Shown here: piece after piece, positions 11,481-24,760 of the stretch
How positions within the stretch are numbered: the stretch's first letter is position 1
Layout: every line of letters begins with the position of its first letter
NCBI GenBank assembly: GCA_951406725.2
Contig: OX597820.1
Coordinates: forward strand, 50,034,001 to 50,098,000
Origin: Octopus vulgaris
Taxonomy: Eukaryota
DNA: 64,000 nt
Reading direction: 5' to 3'
Made by a program: the position numbers and the translations under genes
Notes under the pieces: model-generated
The model's input: the letters and a program-made list of their open reading frames with translations, nothing else
Database searches by the model: none
Told to the model about the DNA's origin: nothing

Positions 11481-11731
11481 TCTCTCATAATGACCAGAAT
11501 AACGCCAATACTTTACATTAGACTCTCATACCTATGATTATTTATGTATGTATATAAAGAGCTTCAAAAGCAAAATGTGCAAATTATGTCCCTTCCCACG
11601 TCTATTTCATATGTTTTTCCCCCAATGTCTATTTCATACAAATGTTGATCTATACTATTGCTTGGGGAAAGAAGTGGTTATGTCTTCCCTGAGGAGTGGT
11701 TGACCAGCGGTGGAACAGTCCATCAAGAGAT

Positions 11732-11877
<146 letters not shown>

Positions 11878-12010
11878 TATATATCTATATATACATTCTT
11901 CAGTTTCTGACTGAAGAATGAAGGCTTTGAATGACCCATTTGTTTTTTTGTTCGTCCCTTCGTGTATTTCACGTTATTTATTTATGCAAAGGTTTATTAT
12001 ATATATATAT

Positions 12011-12380
12011 AACGGGAAGCTTTATGAAAATAGACAAAAGACGAAGGCAGGTGGAAAACAAACGAACAATTGTATTAGTATGGCGCTCAGGAAATATAAA
12101 TAAAACAAGTCTTTAACGTTTCGAGCCTACGCTCTTCAACAGAAAGATACACAGAGAGAAAAAAAACACAGAAAGAAGGAGAGAAAAAAATGCGTGCAGT
12201 AGCTAACGAATCAACATGGCGATCTGATTTCGGCCAGAGGTCAAAGATCAAACATGAGACGCGAGAGCGAAATAAGGGGAGATAATAGGGTTGATAATAG
12301 GGTTGAAGGACCAGCTAATAGTGCGTAGGAGGGGTCTGGACGTGTGTATGTATAGGGTTGGTGTATGTATTAGTATGTAT

Positions 12381-12415
<35 letters not shown>

Positions 12416-12560
12416 AGAGAGTATTAGTGCGTAGGATTGGTCTGGACGTGCGTATGTATGGGGTTGGTGTATGTATTAGTATGTATTAGTATGTATTAGT
12501 ACGTATTAGTATGTATAAGTGTGTGTGTGTGTGTATGAGAGAGTATAAGTACGTATGTAC
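12011..12560 (-). mobile_element. PLE-derived 3' module (family C) ending in (TA)n, hammerhead-like motif at 12110-12146
   Basis: Minus strand: TCTTT-CTGTTGA-A-GAGC gtag GCTC-GAAAC-GTT-AAAGA. Homologous to 42404-42592. Confidence 0.65.
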
Positions 12561-12570
12561 ACCCACACAG

Positions 12571-12605
<35 letters not shown>

Positions 12606-13550
12606 TACACACACACACACATACAATGTAGCATATATTTCCAAAGAGAACAGATAATTCTAAATATATAATGTGTAATATTCTAAGTATAAACTTTGAG
12701 TTTTCGTTCATTGTCAAGATTTATTTTCCGCGATCACAACAATGCATAACGACTCACATTTCCATACGAAGAGTGGCCTTTTATTGCGCTTATCTTGATT
12801 TTCGGTCATTATCGAACTGACCAATGTTGTCAAAATTTACTTCTATAGGTATTGATTTTTACCAAGCAACGGCTTCAATTGTGATCCCAGTCTGTTCACC
12901 ACTAAGCCCCATTTTCCCATTCTTAGTACACCGTACAAAAAGAAACAAACATAACACGCTATTAGTTTTTTTTCTTTTTTTTTTCAATTTTCTTTTAGTG
13001 CCTGTGATGTTTACATTTTTGAATTTATTTTAAGTTCTTTTGTTGCAATTTTGTCAGTAAACAAAGGCGAAAGGAATATAAAAGAACATTAAAAACAATT
13101 ATTATAATGTGTTGTTTTCAGAATTCGTGTTTACATTGAAACAATACTTTGGTGTGTGAATATAAAGAATCGTTGGAAGAAGAGGAAATTATAATAACTT
13201 GTATGTTTTCAATAACTCTAATGGTTTTCGAGTCTTTCGTGTTATCTATCGACTAAGTACACTACATTCAGCTATATTATTTTTTACTTTTTTCGCCTGT
13301 GCCATTTACAATATACATTAACGACAAAAATATGACAATCTTTATTTGTCCAAGATATATCAAATGTACATCTAAATTCATATATTTATTTATGATATAT
13401 TTTGTGAACAATAGCGTCGTCAGGTATCAGATCAAACAGGCCAACTCACTGCATTCCTTTTTTTTTCCATCAATGTTTACATTTTCACCTGTTACACCTT
13501 GTCTGAGAAACACATAGATGTATACAAACACACACACACACACACGCACG

Positions 13551-13635
<85 letters not shown>

Positions 13636-14067
13636 TCTCTCTTCCGCATTTATATACATATATATAAATGTGTGTTTTATAAGTTATAATATAAAACAAT
13701 ATTACATTAAGTTTTAGATTTATTTTATACTTATCCCGGTGTACTTATTTAACAAGAATAGTAATGTTGAGACATTGTCGAAATGGCAGGCTGTAACTTC
13801 GAAGTCATTTTCTTAGTAAAGACTTACACGTACGCGCGTGCACACGCAGGAGTGGCTGTGTAGTAAGAAGTACATAACAACAGGTGTCTTTCGACTGGGG
13901 ACGAATTGAATTCAGCTGGCACGCGTGGAAATGAAGCCTTACGGCAGAGATACAAAGCTTTCACGAACACAGGGAAGAATATCGGTGTGGCAGCAGTGAC
14001 CACAGTCAGATGCAAAAAGAGGGCTAGTAGTCTGGTCTCTCGGTTACCAAATCCACGCACAGCGCTT

Positions 14068-14185
14068 TGCTCAGCCCGAAGCTATAGTAGGAGACACTCG
14101 CCTAAGGTACCACGCAGTGAGACTGAACCCGGAACCATGTGGATGATAAGCTAGCTACTTACCACACACCAACTTCTGCCGCCTA
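14068..14185 (-). mobile_element. 5' part of CORE-like tRNA SINE
   Basis: Reverse complement of head cacatggttccgggttcagtctcactgcgtggtaccttaggcgagtgtctcctactatagc. Confidence 0.7.
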
Positions 14186-14189
14186 CATA

Positions 14190-14388
14190 TATATAAAGTT
14201 AATCCAAACAAGAAACACAAAAAAACACAACAGCGCGAGGACGTGGAACAAATATAGTATTATTGGACGCTCAGGAAAGAAGGAAAGAAGGAGGGTTTAA
14301 CGTTTCGAGCGGAGCTCTTCGTCGGAAACATAGGAGAAGGAAAGATCCAGAGAAGGGAAGACAGAGGAAAAAAATCGCCGACGGTACA
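14190..14388 (-). mobile_element. Family A PLE-derived module in (TA)n, hammerhead-like motif at 14295-14329
   Basis: Minus strand: GTTT-CCGACGA-A-GAGC tcc GCTC-GAAAC-GTT-AAAC. TA runs on both sides. Confidence 0.75.
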
Positions 14389-14824
14389 TATATATATATA
14401 TATATATATTCATCGAACTAATGAAAGTATAATAAAATGATTCATGTAAAAGAGCAGTTAATGGCAAAACTTTCTGTGTCAGTGTATATTCTATGTATTT
14501 TCTTCCATCGTCTTGTATTTAAAATTCAAGCCTCTAATCCCGCCAAGATTTACCGACAAATTACTATTGCATTCTACACGCGTATAGTCAATGTAGCCGA
14601 GCTTAGTTTTTAACTGGTGCATATTTCAAACCAGCTAATATTTAAAGGTCGGTAACTCGAATAGGAATTTAAATATCAAATATATATATTTCTTTACTAA
14701 ATATATTTTATAAAAGGGAATTTTGTCAGGCATCCTGCACATTGTCACTTCATCGCATTGCCTACAAATGAGAAGGACCGACAGGAGGACAAAGCACACC
14801 TTCCCCCTTCTCCTCCTCCTCCTC

Positions 14825-14865
<41 letters not shown>

Positions 14866-15759
14866 GCAACAACAACAAAAACCACCACCACGTCTACTGC
14901 TACTACTTATTACCCCACCACCTTTCTCCACCAGACACCCGGCCCTTTTCTCGCCCACCATATTATCCATCAGACTCCAGTATATTACAAACCAACAGAC
15001 CATATCCTTCCAGAACAATCGCCGTTAAAGTTTCTCACTTTTTTTACAAACTCTACATTTTCTTTCCCATTATATTTGCACCTCGCCATCGTATTGACTC
15101 CTTCTTTTATTCCCCCCCTTTTTTTTTTCAATTTTTACCTCTTTTTCCTTTATTCTCCACCCGTTCTCCAACATGTCTTGTAGCTAGAAAAAGGATTCGT
15201 TCCCCATCAACACTGTTAATTATATAGCCATGTCCAAACTAAAATCTGCTGTTGCTAGCGCGGGTGATGCTTGTTACCCTAACTGAGGTGTTTTAAGTCA
15301 TCACAGTAAAAACAAAAAAGAAAAAAGTCTTCCGCCCCCACCCTAAAATAAACTCATCAAAATAATAATAACAACAAAAACGTAAGTCAATACAGAGAAA
15401 AATAAGGTACTATGAAGTCTATTGAAATAATAACAATAAACAAGTATAGGTATATAATACAACGTCGTCATCAACAACACCAATAACAAAATCAACAAGA
15501 GTAATGGAGGCTTGTCAAGCGTAGTAATGCACCTGTCCCTGCTAACCTCAATATATCTTTATCATCTGTCTCACTGACAGAAGGCGATCTTTAAATGTGG
15601 GGCTCTTTATTAGCTAGGATACTGGACAGATACGAGAACAATTACAAAGTCGGATACATACATACATACATACATACATACATACATACATACATACATA
15701 CATACATACATACATACATACGTACATACATACATATATACATATACATATATATACTC

Positions 15760-16135
15760 TCTACTCTCTTTTACTCTTGTTTGTTTCAATCATTTGACCG
15801 TGGCCATGCTGGAGCACTGCCTTTAGTCGAGCAAATCGACCGCAGGACTTATTCTTTGTAAGCTTAGTACTTATTCTATCGGTCTCTTTTGCTGAACCGC
15901 TAAGTTACGGGGACGTAAACACACCAGCATTTGTTGTCAAGCGATGTTGGGGGGTGGGGGTGGACAAACATACACACTCACACACAAACACACACACACG
16001 CACGCACACAAACACACACACACATATATACATATATACGACGGGCTTCTTTCAGTTTCTGTCTACCAAATCCACTCACAAGGCTTTGGTCGGTCCCGAG
16101 GCTATAGTAGAAGACACTTGCACAAAGTGCCACGC
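15760..16135 (-). mobile_element. CORE-like SINE with internal microsatellite
   Basis: Same family as 17675-18090, 34020-34450, 56575-56930 and 59460-59985 (caagtgtcttctactatagcc...ggatttggtagac...(TA/TG)n...gaataagtact...gctccagcatggcc). Confidence 0.8.
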
Positions 16136-16179
16136 ATATATATATATATACATATATATATATATGTATAGATAGATAA

Positions 16180-16238
<59 letters not shown>

Positions 16239-16654
16239 CATGTACGTATATATACATACACATACATACACACATAGTAGAAAGCCAAGAGAAGAGTGGA
16301 GATTTATAGACATCCAAAACTTTTTATTAAAATGTTTTCTACAGCATATATAACAATGACCAGCATATGTTTCTACTGCAGTAACTGCATTGTAATTATT
16401 CATCTCAGTCGCTGCAATTTCATCACTTACGACATTTTCAAAGTGAACCGATTCCAAAAAGCATCCTTCGGTTGAATCTCTCCTATTTTTACAGCTGAAT
16501 CGTGGTTTTAAAATGTTTATTTATATTACAATTAATTGTAGCAGTATTGTTTCCATTTTGCTGCATGGAGTACATTATTTATTCAGAGGCATTTCACTTA
16601 CTTTGGGTTTATATCCTAAATTAATATTATTGTTATTATTTATTTATTTATTTA

Positions 16655-16930
16655 TTTATGTGCCCTTTTCCCGGTTTCTATGGCGTATGTGTTCCCCCCC
16701 CCCCCAGCTGGACGGGACGCCAGTCCATCGCAGCGTAACTCAAGAAACAGGAAGAAAGTGTGAGAGAAAGTTGGGGCGAAAGAGTACAACAGGGATCACC
16801 ACCACCCCCTGCCGGAGCCTCGTGGAGGTTTAGGTGTTTTCGCTCAATAAACGCCCGGTCTGGGAATCGAAACCGCGATCATCCGAGCGCGAGTCCGTTG
16901 CCCTAACCAACTGATCCATTGCGCTTCCAC
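16655..16930 (-). mobile_element. tRNA-derived SINE (third family)
   Basis: Reverse complement of ggaagcgcaatgg...ggttagggcaacggactcgcg...gcggtttcgattcccagacc. Homologous to 30486-30598 and 34742-35090. Confidence 0.75.
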
Positions 16931-17029
16931 TGTTATTATTATAATTATATTATTAGTATCATTTGCGTAAATATAATTATCACAATCATTATTTTAACTA
17001 GTATGATTACTATAGAAGGTAAGTTGAGT

Positions 17030-17457
17030 TTATTTAAATCGTTTAAACGTTTATTTTGTTCAGTGTGGACATCTCATAGTTTGTTCCTGTTTAGTGTTCA
17101 TAAGAGTAACTTTAGAAGTGAACATTTGGTACATTTCTTCTACACAAAATTTATATCTATGTTCCCCTATTCAATAAGGTATTGCCTTACTAATTATTTC
17201 CCAACCAACCGAAAATACTTTGTTACCATCTTTTAGTGACCAAATTAGGTTACTATGCTGCTGGTGATCATTTTGTTCCGAATTCTAAACAAACTTAAAT
17301 GATTGGCAATTCTCTGCTTAATATAAGATGAGCTAGCTCCGATATAGAAGTACTTCCTATTCTCAAGGGTAAACTTACATCTGTATGCGGTTATAGACTG
17401 AGAGTGTACTATTAGAGTTAAGCGGATACCTAGAGAAGGTGATGCTATCAGAATCAT
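17030..17457 (-). mobile_element. Old PLE remnant: GIY-YIG endonuclease and C-terminus
   Basis: AYRCKFTLENRKYFYIGASSSYIKQRIANHLSLF matches the GIY-YIG pattern (VY.C...YIG.T...FK.R..NH.SSF). Confidence 0.65.
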
Positions 17458-17639
17458 AAATGCGACTGCGCAAGGAACAGGGTCAGTTCCTTGCAGTTGT
17501 GAATAAGAATAAGGAACTACCCAACAAGTGAAGCTTACAAGTGCCAGTATCTATTTAAGATTGAGTACTACGTAATTGGACTGTTGTAGATAGCCAGCAA
17601 TTTTATGAGATAATTCCGTATATCGTGGGGTAAATCATC

Positions 17640-17674
<35 letters not shown>

Positions 17675-17677
<3 letters not shown>

Positions 17678-17803
17678 GTGGTTCCAGGTTCAGTGCCACT
17701 GCATGGTACGTTGGGCAAGTGTCCTTTACTATAATCTCGGGCCGACCAACGTTTTATGAATGGATTTGGTAGATGGAAATTGAAAGAAGCCCATTGTTAT
17801 ATA

Positions 17804-17867
<64 letters not shown>

Positions 17868-18090
17868 TCTGTGTGTGTGTGTGTTATGTATTTGTCCCCC
17901 TATTATCGTGTGACAACTGATGGTGGTGTGTTTACGTCCCTATAACATAGCGTTTCGGCCTAAGACACCGGTAGAATAAGTACTCGGCTTACAAATAATA
18001 AGTCCTGATGTTGATTTGTTCGAATAACTGAGGGGCTCGGGCATGGCCGCAGTCAGATGATTGAAACATGTAAAAGAATAAAAGAAGATA
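17675..18090 (+). mobile_element. CORE-like SINE with internal (TA)n(TG)n
   Basis: ggttcagtgccactgcatggtacgttgggcaagtgtcc...ggatttggtagatggaaattgaaagaagccc, followed by the family 3' part. Confidence 0.75.
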
Positions 18091-18221
18091 TATATATATA
18101 TATACATTTATAATTTTCAGCCTAAAGTCTGTGGCCATACTCAGGAACCGCCAGAATCATCACCTTTTCAATGGTTATTCCTATTTGGATGGGCTTTGAT
18201 GAATGAAGACGTTTGATATGG

Positions 18222-18425
18222 ATTTCTAATTTGGGCTTAAGGCCAGCAATTGCGTGGAGTAGATAAGTCGGTTACATTGATCTCTGCACGTACTTATTTC
18301 ATCGATCTCGAAGTGATGAAAAGCAAAGTCGACCCCGCCAGAATTTTAACTCGGAACATAGAGCCGGACGAAATGCCGCCAAGCATTTTGCTCGGTGCGC
18401 TAACGATTCCGCCTGCCCGCTGCCA
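18222..18425 (-). mobile_element. Meta-like SINE, diverged
   Basis: Homology to the other copies in the window. Confidence 0.7.
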
Positions 18426-18639
18426 ATAGGGGAAGACGTTTGATATTGCTAGTGTTTCTTGCCGTATTGAAGATTTATCTGGGATATTGGATAGCAGTAG
18501 TTCAATGTGCTTCTTGAGAACATTTTCCCTGACTTAATGTAGATCTCTCAGATTTTGAGTAAAATATTATATTGTTGTGGACTTTCGAATCCCAAGCTAT
18601 TGAAATATCCTTACTCTAAATGAGATTGGTGAGACATAT

Positions 18640-19620
18640 GTAATAGTACAATATTTTGTTTAGTGTCTGGTATAACTTACGATACCAACCTTTGATGCCA
18701 GCTTCTCTAGAGTCTTCTGTATGCATATCAATGCATGTCTTTTCTGGCCGTAGGGACTCGAGTCGTAATAATTTTAGTCTCTCTTAGCTCAAATGTTTCA
18801 TTGATACTTTTTTTCTAGGCACAGCATCGCTGAACCGCTATTAAATCAACACTGTGGTGTAACTGTAACTGGGAGCTGTAGTCCAGATGGTTGGATACAT
18901 ATGTTTTCTAAAGAGCAGGGATAGTTTCCTTGTCCTTCATTCTAAAAGGTCTCAGAATTCACCTGTCTTCGCTTGCACATTACTACCATTTGATGATAAG
19001 TACATGAATCAACGCATAGTTGCTCATATGAATCCCCCAAGATCACGCACTATGTTTTACTCTAGGATTACCGCTCCTTTTGGCCCAAAGTATATTTGTT
19101 TCAGCGTGTTAGCATAAGCTAGCCGGTATCGGAAGGCTTGGAATTTTCCTATAATAAATTGCCGATTTGTATATGGCGTCTAGATCTGTTCGTAGAAGAT
19201 GAACATCAAGAGGATTTTTGACTCCTTGAGCCACTCTTGTGTCATCGGCATAGCTAGTAAGACTAGCTGCCTTTATAAACGACGAGACATCTGAGAAAGC
19301 CACCACAATATCCTGCATAGAGAGACTGGCAGACCAGTTTTGTTTGAGAATCTCTTTCTGCATGTCTTTCCAGTTAGCTTTATGAAAGTTGAGGCTGGAA
19401 AGAAGTCGGGTGCTTTTTGTAAATTGTGTGCCTACAGTTTTCGTCAGACTATACATTGTTAGTTCCATTAAGATATAGTCCGAAAAAATTGTTGGAGTCA
19501 CCTTAATATTGCATTATTTCTAAAGTTGAGACCCAGGACATTTTTACCCGTTGTTGAATGGAGCACTATTTGGTCCATAAATTACATATTTGTAAGGTCA
19601 AGCTATGACTCTACTTTCCC
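18640..19620 (-). mobile_element. Internally deleted CR1-group LINE fragment
   Basis: LNFHKANWKDMQKEI (post-endonuclease linker) is joined directly to FSDVSSFIKAASLTSYADDTRVAQGVKNPLDVHLLRTDLDAIY (YADD motif). Confidence 0.75.
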
Positions 19621-19671
19621 CAACTCATGCATGCAGTGATATACTCGAGAGGAAACGACACTCTAGTCATT

Positions 19672-19702
<31 letters not shown>

Positions 19703-19882
19703 TGAAAAAAGAAAGAGAGAAAGACTGAGAGTGAGAGAACCTGTATGTGTGTGTATACATATACATATGCATATATGTACATACATACGCATCCACTTTT
19801 AGTTTATTAATATGTAACAATAATAATAATAATAATAATAATAATATATCTGTCTCTGTCTGTCTGTCTGTCTGCCTGTTTC

Positions 19883-19935
<53 letters not shown>

Positions 19936-20539
19936 TTACATATGAATATTAACAAATAAATATATGCAATAATATTTATTCATTTGTTAAGTTTATATAC
20001 TGATAATTTATATTCGTTTCAGTAATCATATATATACCAAATATCTTAAAATTTTTCAATTATTGTTGTTTTTTTCTTATATTCAGCATATTTTATACTG
20101 TGATGAACTACGGAAACATCTAAGCAAAATATGCCAATTTGTATTTCAATAACATAACATTGGAATGTCTCAAAGAAATATATAAACAGATCAGGAAAAC
20201 TAATATATTTTAATGATACTTATATATCTTATTAAATAGCTGGCCAAGACATGGAGGAAAATTTGTAAAACAAGCAAACAAACAAAAACACATAAAATTA
20301 AAACTACTTTAATTAGATATTACTATACAAGATAAGTCTTATATTTTTGGCAAAAAGTTAATGCTACAATTTATTAAATCTGCAATTTAGTTGTTTAGAG
20401 AGATCTGGCGGGGTTTCTGTCTTGGTCATAAGTTGTTGAAAATATTGTCTATAAGTTATCAAAGCTTCACGGGTTATTCTACTGAGACTACGGAAGAGAC
20501 TGATGTTTCTTGATATGTTCCACTCTCCTTCTCTTTATC

Positions 20540-21790
20540 CATTTATCCACTCATCCATCTATCCCTGCATTCTATCTATATATTCACCCATCTATCCATT
20601 CATCCATCTTGTCTACCTTCTATTCCTCGGAGGGTCATGGGAGATCGTGGGAGTAGAGTCTTCAGGCACCTATTTCATAGAGTCCTATCAGTAGCATCCG
20701 TATTTAGACTTTTCGGTTAGATTCCCAAGTGCGTCCGGCTGAGACTGTCTATATTACCCTGTCGGCCATAGGTCTCCTTCTGGTTGACTCGCGGTAAAGA
20801 ATCTGACATTTTCCTGCAACATTCTAATAAAATATATTGTACTGGAACTGTAACCTCTCGATGAGGTGAAGTAGCGCCACAACCTGAAGAAACTTCCTGA
20901 TCTCCGAGCAACGGATTTTTTTCTGCACCATTGCTCAAGAGATCCTTCGGAAGAATCCCATTTCAGTCACTTATATTCTTTTCTGCCCAAGGCACAAGGC
21001 CCGAAATTTTGGAGAGGGGGTCAGTCGATTACATCGACGCCAGTACGCAATTGGTATTTAATTTATCGACCCTGAAAGGATGAAAAGCAAAGTTGACCTC
21101 GGCGGAATTTGAACTCAGAACGTAAATACAGACGAAACACTGCTAAGCATTTAGCCGGCGTGCTAACGTTTCTGCCAGCTCGTCGCCTTCAGTTGCTTAT
21201 ATTCGTGATCGCATTCTTGCAGTCATTACCTAACATTCATGATTATAGGTGAGTATATGCACGAAAATCGAATTCAAAATTGCAGTTTTGGCTTTTTTAA
21301 CAACCTCTCCTCTTTTGAGTATCGAATGCTGGAGCTAGCGTATTAATGTGCCAGTTCCTCTAATTCCCGCATTTAAATCATCCTCCTGCAGCCTATTACC
21401 CGTGAATGTGGCCCCGAGACATAGTTCCCTACTTGTCTAAGTGATGTTCCACGAACAAACAGTGTGCAATAGGAAGGCTCCTTGGAGGCGATAAATGTCT
21501 CAGACTTTGCATCTCTAATTCTTATCCATGCCCAGCAGCACTTGACAGTGAACTCGTTCAGTGCACACTGAAGATATCCTTCCAATGAGCCAAGAAGCAC
21601 TATGTTCACTACAACTATCACCTGACTAATCATACACCTACCGTTTGTGATACAACAACCACAACGGTTGTGCATATCAATCCAGTTCATAAAAATTAAG
21701 AAAAGCTCAGGTGACAATACGCATCCTTGTTGAAGTCCCACATCCACTTTGAAAGGATTCAACTTAGCACTATTTACCCGAACACCGACG
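20540..21790 (-). mobile_element. Degenerate RTE-type LINE 3' fragment
   Basis: PFKVDVGLQQGCVLSPELFLIFMNWID...LQCALNEF (GLRQGCVLSP motif). The tail ends in a degenerate (GGAT)n. Confidence 0.75.
20979..21187 (-). mobile_element. Meta-like SINE inserted in the RTE fragment, 17-bp TSD
   Basis: ttcagtCActtatattc (20962-20978) and ttcagtTGcttatattc (21188-21204). The two differences fit decay of a single CpG. Confidence 0.85.
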
Positions 21791-23439
21791 ACGGGGTATT
21801 CGCATAGGGAGTAGCGAAGTCTGGAATAAGAAAAGGTTAAAAATAAAGAATGATAATATGCTTTATTGATACATCTTATTTTACTCTGAAACTTCTATAA
21901 TAGCATAAGATAAGAAACCATCATATCCTTCTCGTGGTGTTCCAAGTTAGGAGTCATAAATGATTTATTCTATCAATAAAGACATTAAATCGTGCATCCA
22001 TTTACCATTTTTCATGTACAGTAAGAAAAGTATTAATAGATTGTAGATCCACAAACTCACTCGGAACATTGCTGATTGACAAGCACCTCAAATATAGTAG
22101 AATGATATGTTGCTAGTTTTAGTTTTAAGATGCATGTCTTCAATAAAATTACTTAAATATCCCATTTACGTGCATGACATTGAAATTTCACTTTCGAGGG
22201 CTAAATTTCAAAACATCGTCCAAATATGAAGTGTACAAATATTAGGTACGCTGAAGAATGCAATTTATAACGAAAAATTCTAGAAAGGGTGGAATCAATT
22301 TTCAAAGGTGCCATTTGACCAGTATTACCTCCCACAAATGCAGGTGTTCAAACACTGATAACTTTATTCAATGGAACCTTAGCTTTTGTTAACATTAAGG
22401 CAAGCGCATTTTTAATGCCTAGTACGCTTTCATTTATAATAATATCAAGGGAATAACGAAGAAGCTCTGTCAATTTTCTTGTATGTCTATATCTCAGGAG
22501 GTTGATTGACTGCGTAGAGGTTCTTCATTTATCGTTCTCCAGCTGTGTAGTTGTTGATTCTGTTTTGCTGAAGTTTAAGTCTGATCGAGCGGATATGTAG
22601 TCAAAAGTATGTCAGCAGGGACCATCCAATTTTTTTTCTTGTGTTTTTTTTCCAATGTGATCTTTCTTTAGGATGCTATGGTGTGATTTAAGCTAGATTT
22701 AGCTTCTATTTGTAGTGGATTAGTGATCGTATGTGGTTGTATGTAGTAGCCATGATGAAGTGGATGTTTGATCAGCATAACTGTTAAGGTGAAAAGCAAA
22801 ATGTTTTAAAAACAAAGCTTTTACATGAAATATAGAATAAGTGTTGACAAATATAAATCTACAATCTGAACACCAGCAGGAGTTTTAACATAACAAAAAT
22901 TTATGATGGAATATTTCTTTTTCTTACTTTGTTTTTTTAAGATATTGAAAAAGAAAACTTCAAATATAATAATTATTTCGAGATGCAATTTTAACATTGG
23001 TAGTATTTTTAGCGAAAAAAAAATTCTGAACTGAAAAATGCATTTTTACTTTGATATTGAAGCAAAAGAAACGAAATTCAAATGTTATATTTCAATAATT
23101 TAAACCCTGATAGCAGTTCTAACTGAGCAAAATCTAAATTCATTTAGTTTCAATACTTGTTATCATACTGTGTCTAACACAATTGCTCTTAGCTGAACTG
23201 ATACACGTACATGATGTGAATAAGGTCGAGCATAGAATGATTAAGCTGTGACCACACTACTCACCCTGTAAAATGGCTAAAGGGTGAGTGGGGTGGTCCC
23301 AATTAGTTTACCCCCCCCCATCCCTCATGAACACATATGTTTTGCATTCTCATATGACTGTTACTGTACAGAACTTTCTTTAAATACCCACTACCTTTCA
23401 CATTTCCTTCCCTGAGAAGTGAAGCTCAATGCCTCACAC

Positions 23440-24060
23440 ATATTCTTTTCTACTGTAGACACAAGGCCCGAAATTTTGGGGTAGTGGGGCCAGACGATTA
23501 GATTGACTCCAGTACGCAACTGGAACTTAATTTATCGACTCTGAAAGGATGAAAGGCAAAGCCGACCTCAGCAGAATTTAAACTCGGAACGAAAAGACAG
23601 ACGAAATACCGCTAAGAATTTCGGTCTGCGTGCTAACGTTTCTTATTTTTTATTGCCCACAAGGAGCTAAACATAGAGGGGACAAACAAGGACAGGCAAA
23701 GGGGCTAAGTCGATTACATCGACCCCAGTTTGTAACTGGTACTTAATTTATCGACCCCGAAAGGATGAAAGGCAAAGTCGACCTCGGCGGAATTTGAATC
23801 CAGAACGTAGAGACAGACGAAATACCTATTTCTTTACTACCCACAAGGAGCTAAACACAGAGAGGGCAAACAAGGACAGACAAACGGATTAAGTCGATTA
23901 CATTGACCCCAGTGCGTAAGTGGTACTTATTTTATCGACCCCGAAAGGATGAAAGGCAAAGTCGACCTCGGCGGAATTTGAACTCAGAACGTAACGGCAG
24001 ACGAAATACCGCTTAAGCATTTCGCCTGGAGTGCTAACGATTCTGCCAGCTCGCCGCCTT
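23440..24060 (-). mobile_element. Meta-like SINE tandem trimer
   Basis: Three head-to-tail body repeats with a single complete head at about 24060. Confidence 0.85.
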
Positions 24061-24479
24061 ACCTCGACCACAATATTGCAATATCTGTCAGTAACAGGTT
24101 GTAAAGTAATATTATCACTGTATTAATAAAGTTTGTTGGTATAGTAATGTGCTAAAAAGTTAGTTTTGTATTGTGTGATGTAGCAGATTGCTACTTTTAA
24201 GTGCTTGCGGAACCAGTGTCAGAGCGTCATACTTGTATGACTAATGCAACTGATAGAATCGTAAAGGTATCACTTAAATCGTTACAAGCTTATTTGTGAG
24301 CCTACAGGAATATCGTTTGCTATTAATAAGAAAGTTTAACTTCCCGTGTATTTCTTCTGGTATATTATGCTGTAGTTTATCATCAACGTTTAAGATTTAC
24401 TCTAATTCATTTTGTTAGAAGGAATGACAATCATTTAATGCATTTTATGTGTGGTTTCAGTATTTCTAATTAGTGTTCA

Positions 24480-24760
24480 TTGCCGGATCTGCTTATTGAG
24501 TTTCATTTGTGGTATTTGTGTTTATATTGAAATATTCTTTGTTGTTTTGTGTTTATTCTATTCTGCGCATTTCTTTATTTAGTGCTTTGTTTGTGGAGAT
24601 TATTCTATATACTCTCCTGAGCGGAAATTTCAACACTGATTATATATCCGTTTAGAAATTCCTAGTTTCTATACAAGTTCAGACATTTCTTTCTGGTTTT
24701 GATATAAACGGACAAGGTACCTGTTGTTAGGTCTAGATGTCTATACCTATATCTAGAGTA
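24480..24760 (-). mobile_element. Possible highly decayed PLE RT/thumb remnant
   Basis: Minus-strand fragments resemble LD..LDLTTG...P, GISKRI and NKALNK across frameshifts. Weak. Confidence 0.3.

Noticed and set aside
11690-11725. CTGAGGA-GTGG ttga CCA partial hammerhead, and a similar weak motif at about 20098-20120
   Set aside because: GAAA, stem III and stem I are missing or too degenerate to call.
12750-12960. Possible small exon (minus-strand donor gtgagt at about 12752-12757; plus-strand acceptor at about 12848)
   Set aside because: No recognisable peptide or partner exon, so it cannot be supported.
23440-24060. Regularly spaced repeats suggesting a CRISPR array
   Set aside because: The units are ~185-nt SINE bodies with no unique spacers, the context is eukaryotic, and there are no cas genes.
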